A stretch of 62,208 nucleotides of DNA from Chiloscyllium plagiosum (Eukaryota). Shown one piece after another: positions 37,863-50,141 of the stretch (positions are counted from its first letter, which is position 1; every line of letters begins with the position of its first letter). The notes under the pieces were generated by a model, which saw only the letters and a list, made by a program, of their open reading frames with translations, had not been told where the DNA came from and searched no databases. The position numbers and the translations under genes are program-made. Location: positions 70,916,744 through 70,978,951 of the forward strand of contig NC_057719.1 in the NCBI RefSeq assembly GCF_004010195.1, in the 5' to 3' direction.

Positions 37863-39049
37863 GTTCAATTGGCAAAGGTATCACTATTCAGTGTACCTGT
37901 CAATCAAGATCTGCTCCAGCAGAGTATGGACAGAGTTATAGAAAATATTTGTAGATGTGTGTATGTGTGCTGATATTGGGATGATGACAAAACCAAAGAA
38001 GAGCACAAATGAAATTTACTGTCATCAATGGCAGCAAGCTATTGAAAAGGATTTGCTTTCAACAGCAAGATGCGCCAGATGAATGTAGATTATGTCAATC
38101 TTTTCAGTCTACCAATCAAGATTATGGGATCGATCCTCACACAGGCATTGTTAAAAATGTATATATACCTGCTTCCTAAGATAAAGAAGACCCACAGAAA
38201 TGTAAATTTGTAGATTTGTAAATTCCTAGCACCAAATATCCCAACATTTCTGACCAATCATCACCTTGAAGAGAATTCTGAATGAAAGAGGTAATGTATG
38301 CATGACAGAAGGGCAATTAACATGTGATAGAATCTCTTAAACTAACAATGAGATCTGAAACGTACAGTCTACATTAATACAACCTGAGGAAATCCTGGAA
38401 GTTGATACATCTCAGAAAAGGCTAGAAGCATGCACCGTGAAAGATGGCAAACCAACTGCATTTGGATTAAAAACTCTGTCACAAATATGATCCTTTTATT
38501 CCAAATTAAAGCACAATACACTTTCTCTGATCTATCATAAGACTCCATACTTACTTTTTTGATCAGTGATTCATTGGAAATTGAATACAAATCATTGGAA
38601 ATAGTTTGTTACAAATCACTAACAAATACAACATCAAGACTGGGATTAGAATAGTAAAGTGGTTGTTTTTGACAGGCTCAGAATTAATGGGTCAAAGGAC
38701 CTTTCCTGTGCTGTATATCTCTATAACAATTACTCTCTGACTACAACTTCTGGTAAAAGTACAGTGACAGGATTTAGATGTCTGCTACAAATGATTACAT
38801 CAAGCACGCTGAGCAGATTACTAAATCTGAATAAGAATGCAGATATTTCATAATTTGTTAGTAAACTGTATGAACTTCAGGGTGGAAGATGAATCTTAGT
38901 CAGCATAACTAAAATCATCTTTAGGAAGAAACAGGTAATGTTCCACAATTGAAGGCAGTAGGGGAAAGTTATTATTAAAGAATGGCCTGATCCAACACAA
39001 GACATTCCAGACACACTCATATGTTTTTGACCATACAGAGGTGAGTTAG

Positions 39050-39645
39050 GTATTCCAAGAGATGTAATATTGAAAGGGAACAAGTCCTTGTACCAGAAAC
39101 TGAACTGGACTAACCATATAAATATTGTGGCTACAAGAGCAAGTCAGGAGTGTGATGGAATATTTCCCAATTACTTCAATAATTGCATCTCCAACAACAT
39201 TCAGCAAGCCTGATACATCCAGGACTAGTAACCTACTCAATAGGCATCTCATGCACAAATATCCAATACCTCCATCACTGACACACACTAACAGCTGTGT
39301 GTGCCATCTATGAGATATACAGCACAAATTTACCAACGCAAGTCTTTTAAACCCATGACCACTACCTTCCAGCAGATACATGGGGACACTATGAACTGCA
39401 ATTTCCCCTCCAAGCCACTCCATCGTCCTGACTTGGAAGTATATTGTTCTTCCTTCACTGTTGCTGAGTCCAAATCCTGGAATTCCCTTCCTTATGGCAT
39501 TGCAGGTCTCCCTATAGTAAAGGGTCTGATATGGTTCAAAAAGGTAGCTCAGTACTACTTTCTCCAGGCCATATATGAATGGGCAGTAAATACTGGCCTA
39601 ACAAGCAATGTCCATGTCCCATGGATGAATAAAAAACAAAAAATG
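39050..39645 (+). mobile_element. LINE family X 3' portion
   Basis: QVRSVMEYFPITSIIASPTTFSKPDT; tail GTCCATGTCCCATGGATGAATAAAAAAC. Confidence 0.85.
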
Positions 39646-39877
39646 TTGTACAACCGTTACTGTGAGACAGATAGGGAAAAGACGATGGGGCTTCCTGAGT
39701 GAGTGAGTGAGCACGCAGCAAAGAGGCAATGCAGGGTTTACAGTATGGGGTTAGGTGGGTGATGAGTGTGGCTGATACAGGACACTGAGAGTGGTGGAGT
39801 ATTAGTGCTGGGGGGGTGGAGGTGTGTGCAGTGGCAGACATAGTGTGAGTGTACGGTATCAGAGAGAAGGTGATGGC

Positions 39878-40120
39878 ACTTACACCATTGGCTGAGAGAA
39901 GGACATTGACCTTCTTCCCATAGTGATGGGCATTCCTCCAGACAGCTGAAAGCAATCCAACCTATATGGTAACTTCAGATCAGGTTGGCATGGACTAGTG
40001 TCAAGGCCTCTCCTGCCAGTCCTGAGGGAGGAATCTGACTGTGACTGTCCCTCCACTGCACCATGCATCCACCAGGACCTTCAGACCCCTGTCTGAAAAG
40101 TGGGGCACAAAAATCTCCTC
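39878..40120 (-). mobile_element. PIF/Harbinger Myb/SANT-like ORF remnant
   Basis: VPHFSDRGLKVLVDA...LPQDWQERP...SEVT..V..LSAVWRNAHHYGKKVNVLL then GTAAGT. Confidence 0.6.
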
Positions 40121-40874
40121 ACGTGCAATCTCTGGGGAAAACATCATGAATCATGCAGAGTAGTTCTGTACTGACAGTTCCTGTCTGCTCACTCAATGGC
40201 CTTTCAAGATGGCACCGGTGACAAGAAGCTGGTTCATTCCTAGATAGCTGGGCAGTGCCAAGTTCTTCCCAATATGAAAAATGGGAGAATTAGGCATCAA
40301 ACAAGAGGGACAGCATAGAGACAAGATCAGTAGTCAATAAAGCAAGTTTGGGACAAGAGTGTGAGAAAATTTGATAAGCCTCATGTGAAACATCCTCCAT
40401 AAAACTTGAAATTGACACTGCCAAAAGTTTATAAAATTTAGCCCACATAGAATAATATCCACACACTGAAGAGATCATATCTGAAAATGCACCACGATAT
40501 GCAGGCAGACCTTTAGAAAAATGTTTACCAAATAGGGAATATATCTTGTGACAGCCTCACCACATAATTCTTGATGCAACAGTTCACACTGTCCCTTGTT
40601 GGATGTAGGATGCTGAAACAAGATTTCTGTTCTTTCATTTTACAACTCAGAGCTACACCTCTGAATGTGGGCTTACCATCACCAAATGAAATCATGTTTG
40701 AAGACAAGTTAGGTCTTACCAAGCCATCAAATTCTCAGAAATACAGGACAGAATTCTCAAAAGAAACAAGAAGGAATGGAGCTGGCGCATGGTTGACCTG
40801 CAGTTGCAGAACTAACTAACTTGCATTTAGGATAGAAGGTCAGATGATACATCCAATACAGGCAATCTGCTAAC

Positions 40875-42238
40875 TGTGGGTTGTGGTTAGCAATCAATAA
40901 TTTGCTGATGTTTTGAATCACCCCCAGATCCCTAGTTCTGACACTGAACTTATTTAGGACGGTGAACTGAAGAAGGCGGTAGACAGGCGTTTCAGGGCAA
41001 AAGAATCTCTGTGTTTATTAAATACAAAAGCTAAATATAATACAAGAAATACAGGCAAATGCAATAAACATTGAAATTGTCATAATTAACTATACAGAGG
41101 ACAGTAATTAAATACACTATTAAATTAAACACAAATCAAACACTATGAGAAGCTAAATAGCAGTTTTAATCATAGAAACTTTAATCAGATTTCCTACTTT
41201 TGGGTTCCTTGCACTGTCAGCACCTGCCTTCCCCTCCCTGCCAGCTAGGTTGGAAACTTTGGTGCCTCGGGCGTTTAAGCTCATCACTGGGGAAAATGTG
41301 ACTTTGAAGTACATCTAACTGTTCCCGTTTGCCGCACCCAGTGCCTTGATGAAGACTTTGGACGGTCAAATGCATTGAACTTATCAGGTAAGGACTTGAC
41401 TTTCTATACTTTCTGGTGATTTTGTGGGTAGTTCCCACCTCAAGATGTGTCTGAGGCCTTGTGGTGTCAGTTGGGTCAGTGGTCTTTGGAGGTTGCTGGT
41501 TCTTAGGTGGGCTGGTCGTGGTTGATTGCTGTTAGTTCCCCTATTGCGGGCCAGGCCTGTGTCAGTAGGTGTTTGAATTGCTGTTGGGATCCCCCTTCCA
41601 GAGATAGCTCATGGAAATAGCACCTGGAATTAGCATTTGGAACTCTTCGTCTCGGGATCACTGTTCAGAACGCCTCCTGGGGAATAGCTGCTGGGGGATC
41701 AGCTGGGCGGGACTATAGTTGCTTGGGATCCCTCATCTGGAGATAGCTGTGGGGATAGCTCTTGGGGAGATAGCTCTTTCGATGAGATCGGGGCCTGCAA
41801 TTGTACTAATTGTGGACCTCTTACCTTCGCACCAAATCTGCACTTGCCATCGTGTTACTGGTGAGGTCAATTGGTTTCCCGGTAGTTAATGAGTATGTGT
41901 AAATGTATTTTGATTGATGTTGAATGCCCAATATCTCTGAATGAATATTGATGTTGAATGTCTGTTATCTGTACAGGTTCAATAATGTCTGGGTTGGATA
42001 GTTCGAGGTGTAAGTGTTAGTTTCAATCTAAAGTGTTAGGTCTGGTTGGTTGTTTTGTTAGAGTGAAGGTATAATTGGATTTTTGGACTGAACAATGGTC
42101 CGAGACCAAAATCATTCTGGCTCTGTGTGTATTTATTGCAGCCTGAGCTCAGGATTTTGTCCAATATCTTAGATGTTAGAAAAGCCCTGGGTCTTGGTCC
42201 AATATGGTAGAATGAGGGGATTTTCACTCAATCCTACA
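40875..42238 (-). mobile_element. probable long solo LTR (~1.36 kb)
   Basis: TG...CA ends, imperfect terminal IR TGTGGGTTG vs TGTAGGATTG, flanks TAAC/TAAT, minus-strand AATAAA near 41014-41019; interrupts the Gypsy integrase remnant. Confidence 0.55.
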
Positions 42239-42454
42239 TAATTTAGACAGAGTTCCAAAGTCTGCATGAAGCATAGATACTATGAAGTCACAACACTGAA
42301 TGAAGAAAGATCATGGAGGACAGAAATCAACTCGGGGACCTGCACAATACTCCAGTGTGCATAAACCACATTTGAAAATAAACTTGGATAATGAAAGTGT
42401 GAAAGCCCATCAAAACAATAATCAATCAAGATTCCAACTGACCTACAAGTTGCT

Positions 42455-42674
42455 TGTATGGAATGAGCTGCCAGCAGGGGAAGTGGTTGAGGCTGGTACA
42501 ATTGCAACATTTAAAAGGCATCTGGTTGGGTATATGAATAGCAAGGAATTGGAAGGATATGAGGCACGTGCTGACAAATAGAACTAGATTAGGTTAGAAC
42601 ATCTGGTCATCCCGGACAAGTTGGACTGAAGGGTCTGTTCCCATGCTGTACAGCTCTATCACTCTATGACTCTA
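42455..42674 (+). mobile_element. CR1/HER1 3' end
   Basis: VWNELPAGEVVEAGTIATFKRHL and CTCTATGACTCTA tail. Confidence 0.9.
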
Positions 42675-45600
42675 AGTTGAGAACATCTCAAGTGTGAAGA
42701 TTGTATAATCACAAGGTCTGGAAGGATTGACATTTTGCCAACACTTATCTTAAATTTTCAATTCTTGTTTTGTGTGTAAATTGTTTCAATCACCCTAACA
42801 TATAGATTTTGTCACTCTTAGTGTATGTATTTGTTTTAAACTTGGAGGTGGGAGGGGAGTGATGAAGGAAAAGTTGCACTATTGCTTTCAGAGCTGTTTT
42901 GTTTGAGATAGATATGCTAATGAACCAACGACCAGGATGAAACCACATGACCAACTGGCATGTGCAGTCCAGCAGAAGTAAGCTGCAAGAATGATGTGTG
43001 CATTGTTATGTGTAATTGAAAATTGTAGTCTGAAGTTATTTTAAAAATCTGCATGAGATTTTAATGTAAGCTGATCGATGCTATTTAATCTATTATTTAC
43101 CAATAACAAGAAATGCAGTGAGGTTGGAATTAACACCTGTTTCCCATCTCCACGGTAGGCAGCAATCCAAACCCACCTTGTTTTGAGCTCTCTTGTTTTG
43201 AGCCACCAAGCACGTTCATGCCTCTATCTTTACCTTTCAACAGGTCAGTCAGAGTTTAATTTGGAGAGACTACTAATTGGAGAACTATTTATTTTATAAT
43301 TAGATGACACATATCAAACAGAGGTTAGAATAATTTCCTGTTTGAAATTCCTTAGTGAAAATGCAAGAAGTATTATAAAATGCTTTGTTTTTAAAATCAT
43401 TAAATAGTTGTCTTATGAATTAAGATTGAGAGAAATAATTGTTTTTTTTTTCAACCATTAAGCTGCTTGGAAACTCTATTTCTTTACTAATCAGTAGCAA
43501 AGTACATTAATCTGAAATATTTTCCAAATTTTTCATTTACTTCCAGTTTTACTTTTCTGCTCGCTTTAGATTGTCACTATTGAAAAGCAAAGTATTTTCT
43601 AAAAGAGAGCATTCTAGCTTTTTCTCAGAAAGCTAAGCTTTGAGATCATTATAGCAAAATAAATTTGGAAATTAACCAAAAATAATTGACTTGTTTAATA
43701 GAACAATTAGTGTGCTCTTGACTCTTTAAGAATTGTTTTAAGATTTCAATCTGTACTAACTTGCAGCTGGATCTCTAAGGTTTAATAGGTGATTGAAACT
43801 TCTGGGGGGAAAGAAGCAGATGATCAAATTCACAGGGGATTTAGTCAGACTGTTCTCAATACCCAGTGCAATATATTAAGCCCTGTCACTGTTGCCAGAA
43901 TTGCTATGATTCAAACAAACCTATACTGTAACTTCATCCTTTTAATGAGCTACTGGAGAATGGCTTTTCCATAAGACACCTGTAACATACAATAAAACAC
44001 ATTTTTAAGAGAATCGTGAGGCCTTGCTGCTGGCAAGAATTTTACACTGTGGTTTGTAAACCTGTTTTCAGACAGCTGGGATACAAAGCAACAGATTCAG
44101 CTTTTACTGTAAACTTCACAGACCAATTATCTACTCTGAATCATGGGAGTTTAGCAAACAAACATGAGTACCTGCTGGGCTATTTCAAACGAGCAGCTTA
44201 CAATCATTGTGCATCAATACCTTCCAGGCAAATCAATTCATAATGATAAATCTATCAAAATAATTTTGAACACAATATTAGCTTCAGATGACTACATTAA
44301 TAATCTGCTTCAATCATTTTTGTGAAGCCAACCTACCTTTTATTGACTTTCTGCTTATGGAATGTTTAATGCTTACTTATTTCATTTCACCCCATTACTT
44401 TTTCATGTCAATCAACAGCACTTAATACAGTTTGGTTACACCTTTGCCAAAATAAATTGCAGAAGCTGCTTATTGTGTCCAAGATGAAGATACACTGAGA
44501 GAGATCAATGTACTTCTGATTAAACAGATTGCGGCATTTAAGGGGAATTTGCTCCAATAGGTAGACTTCTATTGAAAAAGGCTTGATCTCGAAATGCAAT
44601 CTGACTTATGAATATTCCATTAAAGAGTCGAACCTGTTAATGGTTTAAATGCTCCTTGTGTTTTATGTTTTATTAAAAAAAGGTTATTAATTGTATTTCA
44701 GAGTTGGATATTTAAAAGAATATTGAAATAATTTGATTTATTAACTTATTTACTGATAGCAACATTTGCTGGTAACTGGTTCACGTGATGACTTTAGTTG
44801 TGATTAATATGAATCCACATCTCTTTCTCTTCTTTCACTACTGATGATGTCAGTTTCTGCATTGAATTTTGGTTGATCAGATTGCTATGGGTGCTTTCCC
44901 ATCAGGATGTGGTGACTAAGCAGTTGGTGACCTGTACTGTTTTATGCTGTGTTTCTAGTTGGCTACCTGATTTTCTTTTTCCTCGTATTTTGATTCCTGA
45001 CAGCTTTGATTGACTCAGTCTATTTCTTGAATCTTCCCAGGCATTCTGAGAGGAAAATGGACCCTTGCTTATCTTAATAAAATCTTTTTAGATTTTCCAC
45101 TTCCAGCAGCGATTATGTTTATGCAGACAGTTCTTTGCAGTGGCATGGATTGGCTATGTAGTTTTTTTTTCCATTTGCTATGTGACCTATGATATAATGC
45201 ATAGATTTTTTTTATGTAGACTGATGAGATCTCCAGCAGAGATGCTGCTCTGACTGAAGGAGTGACTGTATTTGATGAGCTTGTTCTTTGAAATCCTAAT
45301 CTCAGCCTTCTCTGTTGTATTAACATAATCAGGAGGGAAATGTGCCCTAGCTGTAGGAATCAGCTAAGTGAAATATGTCTTGGATATTGGGAGTTTGCAA
45401 TAGATTTGATGCCTTAGCTGTTAAGTTATCTCTGTGTTCTGTCCGTCTTGCCATTTTCTGAGTTAACTTGGTTGTATATCTCATAGTTACCATAACTGAA
45501 ATAAATAGACCAATGTGATAATATTCCTTTGACAAAAATTTTTATATCTTGATATCATTATTGCACAGCACAGTGGCCTGTAATATACCGTGGAGCCATT

Positions 45601-46189
45601 TCACAGAACCTCAGTTTATTTTTTGTGATGAGATATCAATATTTCATCGAACCATGTTGTGCCTTCTCTGTTCCAATGGAAATTGACTCTGGAGCTTGAG
45701 TAAATCCTCATAATGTACTTTGTTTAAAGTATCTGGTATGATTCTGATGGTTTTGTACTCTATATGGCTTCTTACCTGTAATTTAATCATTGCCCTATGC
45801 AAATAATCATTGCGTCCTTAACTTTATGCCCTACTTGCAAATTCAGGCATTCTCATGTTCTCTGTCCATTCATAATTTTCTCCTTCCTGCATTTTCCATT
45901 GAGGATATTGATGGAATTTTGACAGCCAAGGGCAGGGAGATTTCAGTCCAAGCAATGCATTAAATCTGGATTTAAGTGGGTGTGTTTGAACGTGATAAAG
46001 AAACTTCCATGCAATTCAGGGGAGTGTGAATATTTGCTGTTCAAGTAGAGATGTGAGGTATCCAGAGAGAGCAATAGGTGGAGTTGCAAGGTGTGTTGTC
46101 CTGAGGAGTGCTGTGCTGGAGGGCATTGGAAAAGTCAGACTTGGGGACTTGGCATCTGAAACTGTTTGAGCACTGCAGCTGTCCTTCAC

Positions 46190-46375
46190 TTTTGACTCCT
46201 CGTGCTGAAGAAACCACACATCTGCTGACTTCGTTGGCTATTTCTGTGCATGACTGCTTGATTGGAGACACTGTCTTCTTGCTCCATTCGTGTGGAACCA
46301 TCATCTTAATGCGGCCTCTCACTTGCCCCCAGCAGAATCTCCAGTGAAGAGTGAGAGGTCCGGAAGCAGTCTTTA
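46190..46375 (-). mobile_element. PIF/Harbinger Myb/SANT-like ORF remnant
   Basis: SSLEILLG, frameshift, VRGRIKMMVPHEWSKKTVSPIKQSCTEIANEVSR; same pattern as the 27400 and 39878 remnants. Confidence 0.45.
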
Positions 46376-46537
46376 CCAGTGTTCAGTCTGTTTCTGTAAT
46401 TGCTGCAGACTCAGAACTCCATGATGAGTTTTGAGGAATAACTGCACAGAGACCGGTATCCCGTCATCAAGTCACCATTTATTTACTGTGGCCAACCAGC
46501 TCAGGGTCAGTCATCGATTCTAATCTTCTGGTGATAT

Positions 46538-47190
46538 ATTTTATCTATTTATTTCTTTTACTTTTTTTTCTTTTTTTTCCCCCTTTGTTCCCATACTACC
46601 ACCTAACAGCGGTAGTGCTCATTTTTCCCCAGCACCCATGGCATGTGGGTGCAGGTGTCAGACACAGTGAAGACCAACTTCTTTATATATAGATCTTTAC
46701 TTTGTAAGTAAATAAATCTTTATTTATATTCCACCACCAGGAAGAAAGGAAACTCCTGAGTGGTCAGTGACAAACAGTGCCCTTCAGTGCAGTGATCAAA
46801 CAGTGAAGGGGATGTCAGGGATTAAATCAAAATAGAGTTGGAGAGGAAATAATACACTCCACTCCCTGTGGTGCCTACCTTTCCCTGAAAATCTCAAGGG
46901 TGTTGGTGGACACCGTGTGCTCCTTCTCCAAGGATACCCGGGCTCTGACATTCCCGTGGAAGAGGGGCAGGCAGTCCAAGGTGGACCAGGGAGAAGAGGT
47001 GGGCGGTGTGCATCAGCAGTCGATACAGGGCTCGCCGTTTATATGTACCGAAAAGGGATAAAATTAAAATTCCCGAGGCAGCTCAGGTTGGGGGCACAGG
47101 CTTCAGTGGGAAGTATGGGACCTTGGGGCTAATGTGAAATTCTGTCTGGGCAGACTGGATTCCACCGCACACCTGAGCATCCTCCAACTG
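46538..47190 (-). mobile_element. Tx1-clade LINE copy 1 (5'-truncated, internally deleted)
   Basis: Aligns to 47320-48297 but lacks ~430 bp; A-rich tail 46538-46580; extra 3' segment with an ACTACC/GGTAGT hairpin. Confidence 0.85.
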
Positions 47191-47304
47191 AATCTCCTGG
47201 TGATATTTTTGTTTCTCTTTACTTATATGTGGAGAGGCCTTGACACTGATCCAGCTCCCTCAGAGCCAGCTCTCAGAGTGAACAGAACCTCTGACATTCC
47301 TGTG

Positions 47305-48297
47305 TTTTTTTTTTTTTTGTCGTGTGTGTGCAGGTGTGAGACACAGTGAGAGACACAAGGTGCACAAATCTTTATTCAGTTTCCACCACCAGGAAGAAAG
47401 GAAACACCCAAGTGGCCAGCGACAAGCAGTGCTCTTCACATCAAAGGGCAATGCTGTGTGATCAAACTGTGAAGGGGAGGGCAGGGATTAAATCAAAATA
47501 GAGTTGGAGGGGGAAATAATACACTCCACTCCCTGTGGCGCCCACCTCTCCCTGAACAACTCAAGGGTATTGGTGGACACCGCGTGCTCCCTCTCCAGAG
47601 ACACTTGGGCTCTAATGTAACGGCGGAAGAGGGACAGGCAGTCGGCCCTAACGACCCCCTCCACAGCCCGCTGCCTGGACCTGTTTATGGCCAGTTTGGC
47701 CAGGCCCAGGTGTAGATCCATAAGGAGGTTTTCAGACCTGTCCTCCCTCCTCCATACCGGGTGCCCGAAGATCAGGAGCGTGGGACTGAAGTGCAACCAA
47801 AAACAGGGAAGGAGATTTTTAAGAAAATCAACAAGGAAGTGCAAGTGCCCATACCTAATACATACATGGTCCACAGACCCCACAGCACCACAGAACAAGC
47901 AGTTGGGCAGGGAGACTGTGAACCACCACAATCTGCAGTTGCAGGGGACTGCTGCGTGCAGCACCCTCCACCCCAGATCCTCGAGAGAAAGGGGGAGCAC
48001 TCCCATGTAGAGAGCCCTCCACTGGGGATCCCCACCGTCCGGTGGCAAATGGGTACGCCAAGGCGTGTCCGGGCAGTGGATGAGGGAAAAGAGCTGGACA
48101 GTGTGCAGCAGCAGTTGATACAGGACCTGTCGTTTTATGCCCCTAAAAAGGAAAAAACTAAAATTCTGGAGGCAGCTCAGGTTGGGGGACCCAAGCTTCC
48201 ATGGGAAGTATGGGACCTTGGTGAAATTCTGAAATTCAGTCCAGGCAGGGGTAAAGACAGGCGGGATTCCACCACAAACCTGAGCATCCTCCAACTG
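47305..48297 (-). mobile_element. Tx1-clade LINE copy 2 (ORF2 C-terminal zf-RVT region, 3' UTR, poly-A)
   Basis: PQWRALYMGVLPLSLEDLGWRVLHAAVPCN...CLFCGAVGSVDHVCI...LGLAKLAINRSR; stop at 47488; A14 tail at 47305-47318. Confidence 0.9.
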
Positions 48298-48849
48298 AAT
48301 CTCCTGGTTATATTGGTCAGCCAGGGCTTTCCTGATTGGAATCATTAACCTCGGCCAATGAGGTTCAGCTGGTTCCAATTACTACTCCCCATCCCACCCA
48401 AAGTCTGGCAATGTGGGCCTGGTCTTTTGCTTGTAGCTTTTCTTATGGTGTTTTTGCCCCAGGTTCCTCTGACTCAGACATGAGCAGCATTTACCAGACC
48501 ACAGCCTGTCTCATGCATCTGGGAGAGTTTTCTCCTCTGCTCCCAGAGGTAACGGTATTGAGGCTGCATCCATCTTGGACTCTGAGGTTTCCTTGACACT
48601 AAACAAAGTTGGGGGGGAGGGAGCACCTACATTTTCTGACAGGTCTTCTGAGGGATCAGGTTTGTTTAGCTCCTGCCCCGTTTGCAAGATAGCATCTTTC
48701 AGGTGATCCAGATGTTTGTTCAGGACCTCTTCACCGACCTGAACTTTTTACTGCGGGGACCTGACCTCAAGCCTTCCTCGCCTTGTACTCAGAGAGCCAT
48801 TCCCATGGTTTCCGCACCAAACTTCATTCCCTGAGTAAATTGTTTCTCT

Positions 48850-49410
48850 CGCTTAGAGGAGGTACATGGCTGGCATTGGTGTTCCTACTGCCTTTTCATC
48901 CTCCCTCAGGTCCAGGAGGATCAGGTTTAACCTGGTGCCGAATCTTCTCCCCATCAGTAACTCTGCTGGAGCTATCCCTTTTGTTCCGTGTGGGGCGGTC
49001 CGATAATTAAACAGAAACAAGGGCAGTTTGGTATTAAGTGACGCTGCAGGCTGCTTCTTTAAGCTTGCCTTCAATGTTTGGATGGCTCTGCTAGACCATT
49101 AGACAATGGATGATATTGAGCTGTCCTTATATGCTGAATGCCATTTGACTTTAGGAAATATTTGCATTCCCTGCTAGTAAATGAGGTTCCATTGTCAGTG
49201 ACCAATACTTCCAGGAGTCTGTGTATCACAAACGATGCTTGCAACTTCTCAATTGTCATCACTCAGTTTGCCGAATGAACCTTATTCATGTCCAACCACT
49301 TTGGATGGGCATCCGTATGACCAGGAACATTGAGCCCATGAATAAACTGGCACAGTCAACTTGTAAATAAGTCCAGGGTTTACCTGACCATTCTCATGAA
49401 TGTGAAGGTG
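48850..49410 (-). pseudogene. Gypsy integrase remnant
   Basis: EWSGKPWTYLQVD, LVTDNGTSFTSRECKYFLKSNGIQHIRTAQYHPLSNGLAE, FLFNYRTAPHGTKGIAPAELLMGRR. Confidence 0.9.
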
Positions 49411-49659
49411 TGGCTGCTGGCAATTTTTGCCTGGCCCAGATCCTGGAGAACTTTTTAGCCAATTGGCTGAGGCTCAGTTTTAATTATGAGGTTCTCAGTG
49501 AGCTGGCCTTTGGTCCCTTTGCTCAGGATGTGCCCAGTGTGAGGCTCTATGATTGCCTACACTCACATGGTGTTCCCCAAGCTCAGTCAGACAGGTGAGG
49601 GTGTCCATTGAGATGCCCTGTAGCTCCCATGCTCCACTTGCTGCATTTTCTGATGACAA

Positions 49660-50141
49660 AACCAGCTGCAGTGCCTGTTTGAAGTCCAGTTGGGCTTCAG
49701 CTAGTAGGGTTTTCTATATGGCAACATCATTAATCTCACATACCAAATGGTCTCTCGGCATCTCATTCAAGTTTAACCCAGAATCACATGCCGCTGCCAG
49801 TTGTCTCAAGCTCATCAAAAATCCCGATATGGATTCCCCCGGTTCTCTAACAGCCATTTAAAAACTAATAGCATCTCAGGATTAGAGGAGGTTTGGGATC
49901 ATAATATTCCTTAACAAACTCTATCAACTCTTGGAAGATTTTAGTGTCTGGTCCCTCTGAGAAAGTTAAGCCCCTTATAACAGAAAATGCTGCGGGTCCA
50001 CAACCAGTCAGAATGATTACTCATTGCTTTTCATCTGTCCCAATGTCATTAGCCCAGAAAAAAATAATGCACTCTTTCCACATTCTGGGCCCAGTCTTCA
50101 ACAGCAGGGTCAAATGAGTCAGGCTTCCCAAATAGAGGCAT
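49660..50141 (-). pseudogene. Gypsy gag remnant
   Basis: MPLFGKPDSFDPAVEDWAQNVERVHYFF...YYDPKPP...REPGESISGFLMSLRQLAAACD...RDHLVC...LLAEAQLDFKQALQL, with stops and frameshifts. Confidence 0.85.

Larger units (their letters stand above)
37865..42450 (+). mobile_element. old Gypsy pol remnant in pieces (RT 37865-38290, integrase 40290-40870, C-terminus 42240-42450)
   Basis: QDLLQQSMDRVIE...KTKEEH (RT); EEIISENAPRYAG and LQLRATPLNVGLPSPNEIMF (integrase); split by later insertions. Confidence 0.65.

Noticed and set aside
43050..45900. Conserved vertebrate miRNA hairpins in the unique regions
   Set aside because: By-eye check for common mature miRNA sequences found none; not exhaustive.
47488..48378. 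296-aa ORF as a host gene
   Set aside because: Tx1 ORF2 C-terminus fused by chance to LTR sequence; it has no RT or endonuclease.
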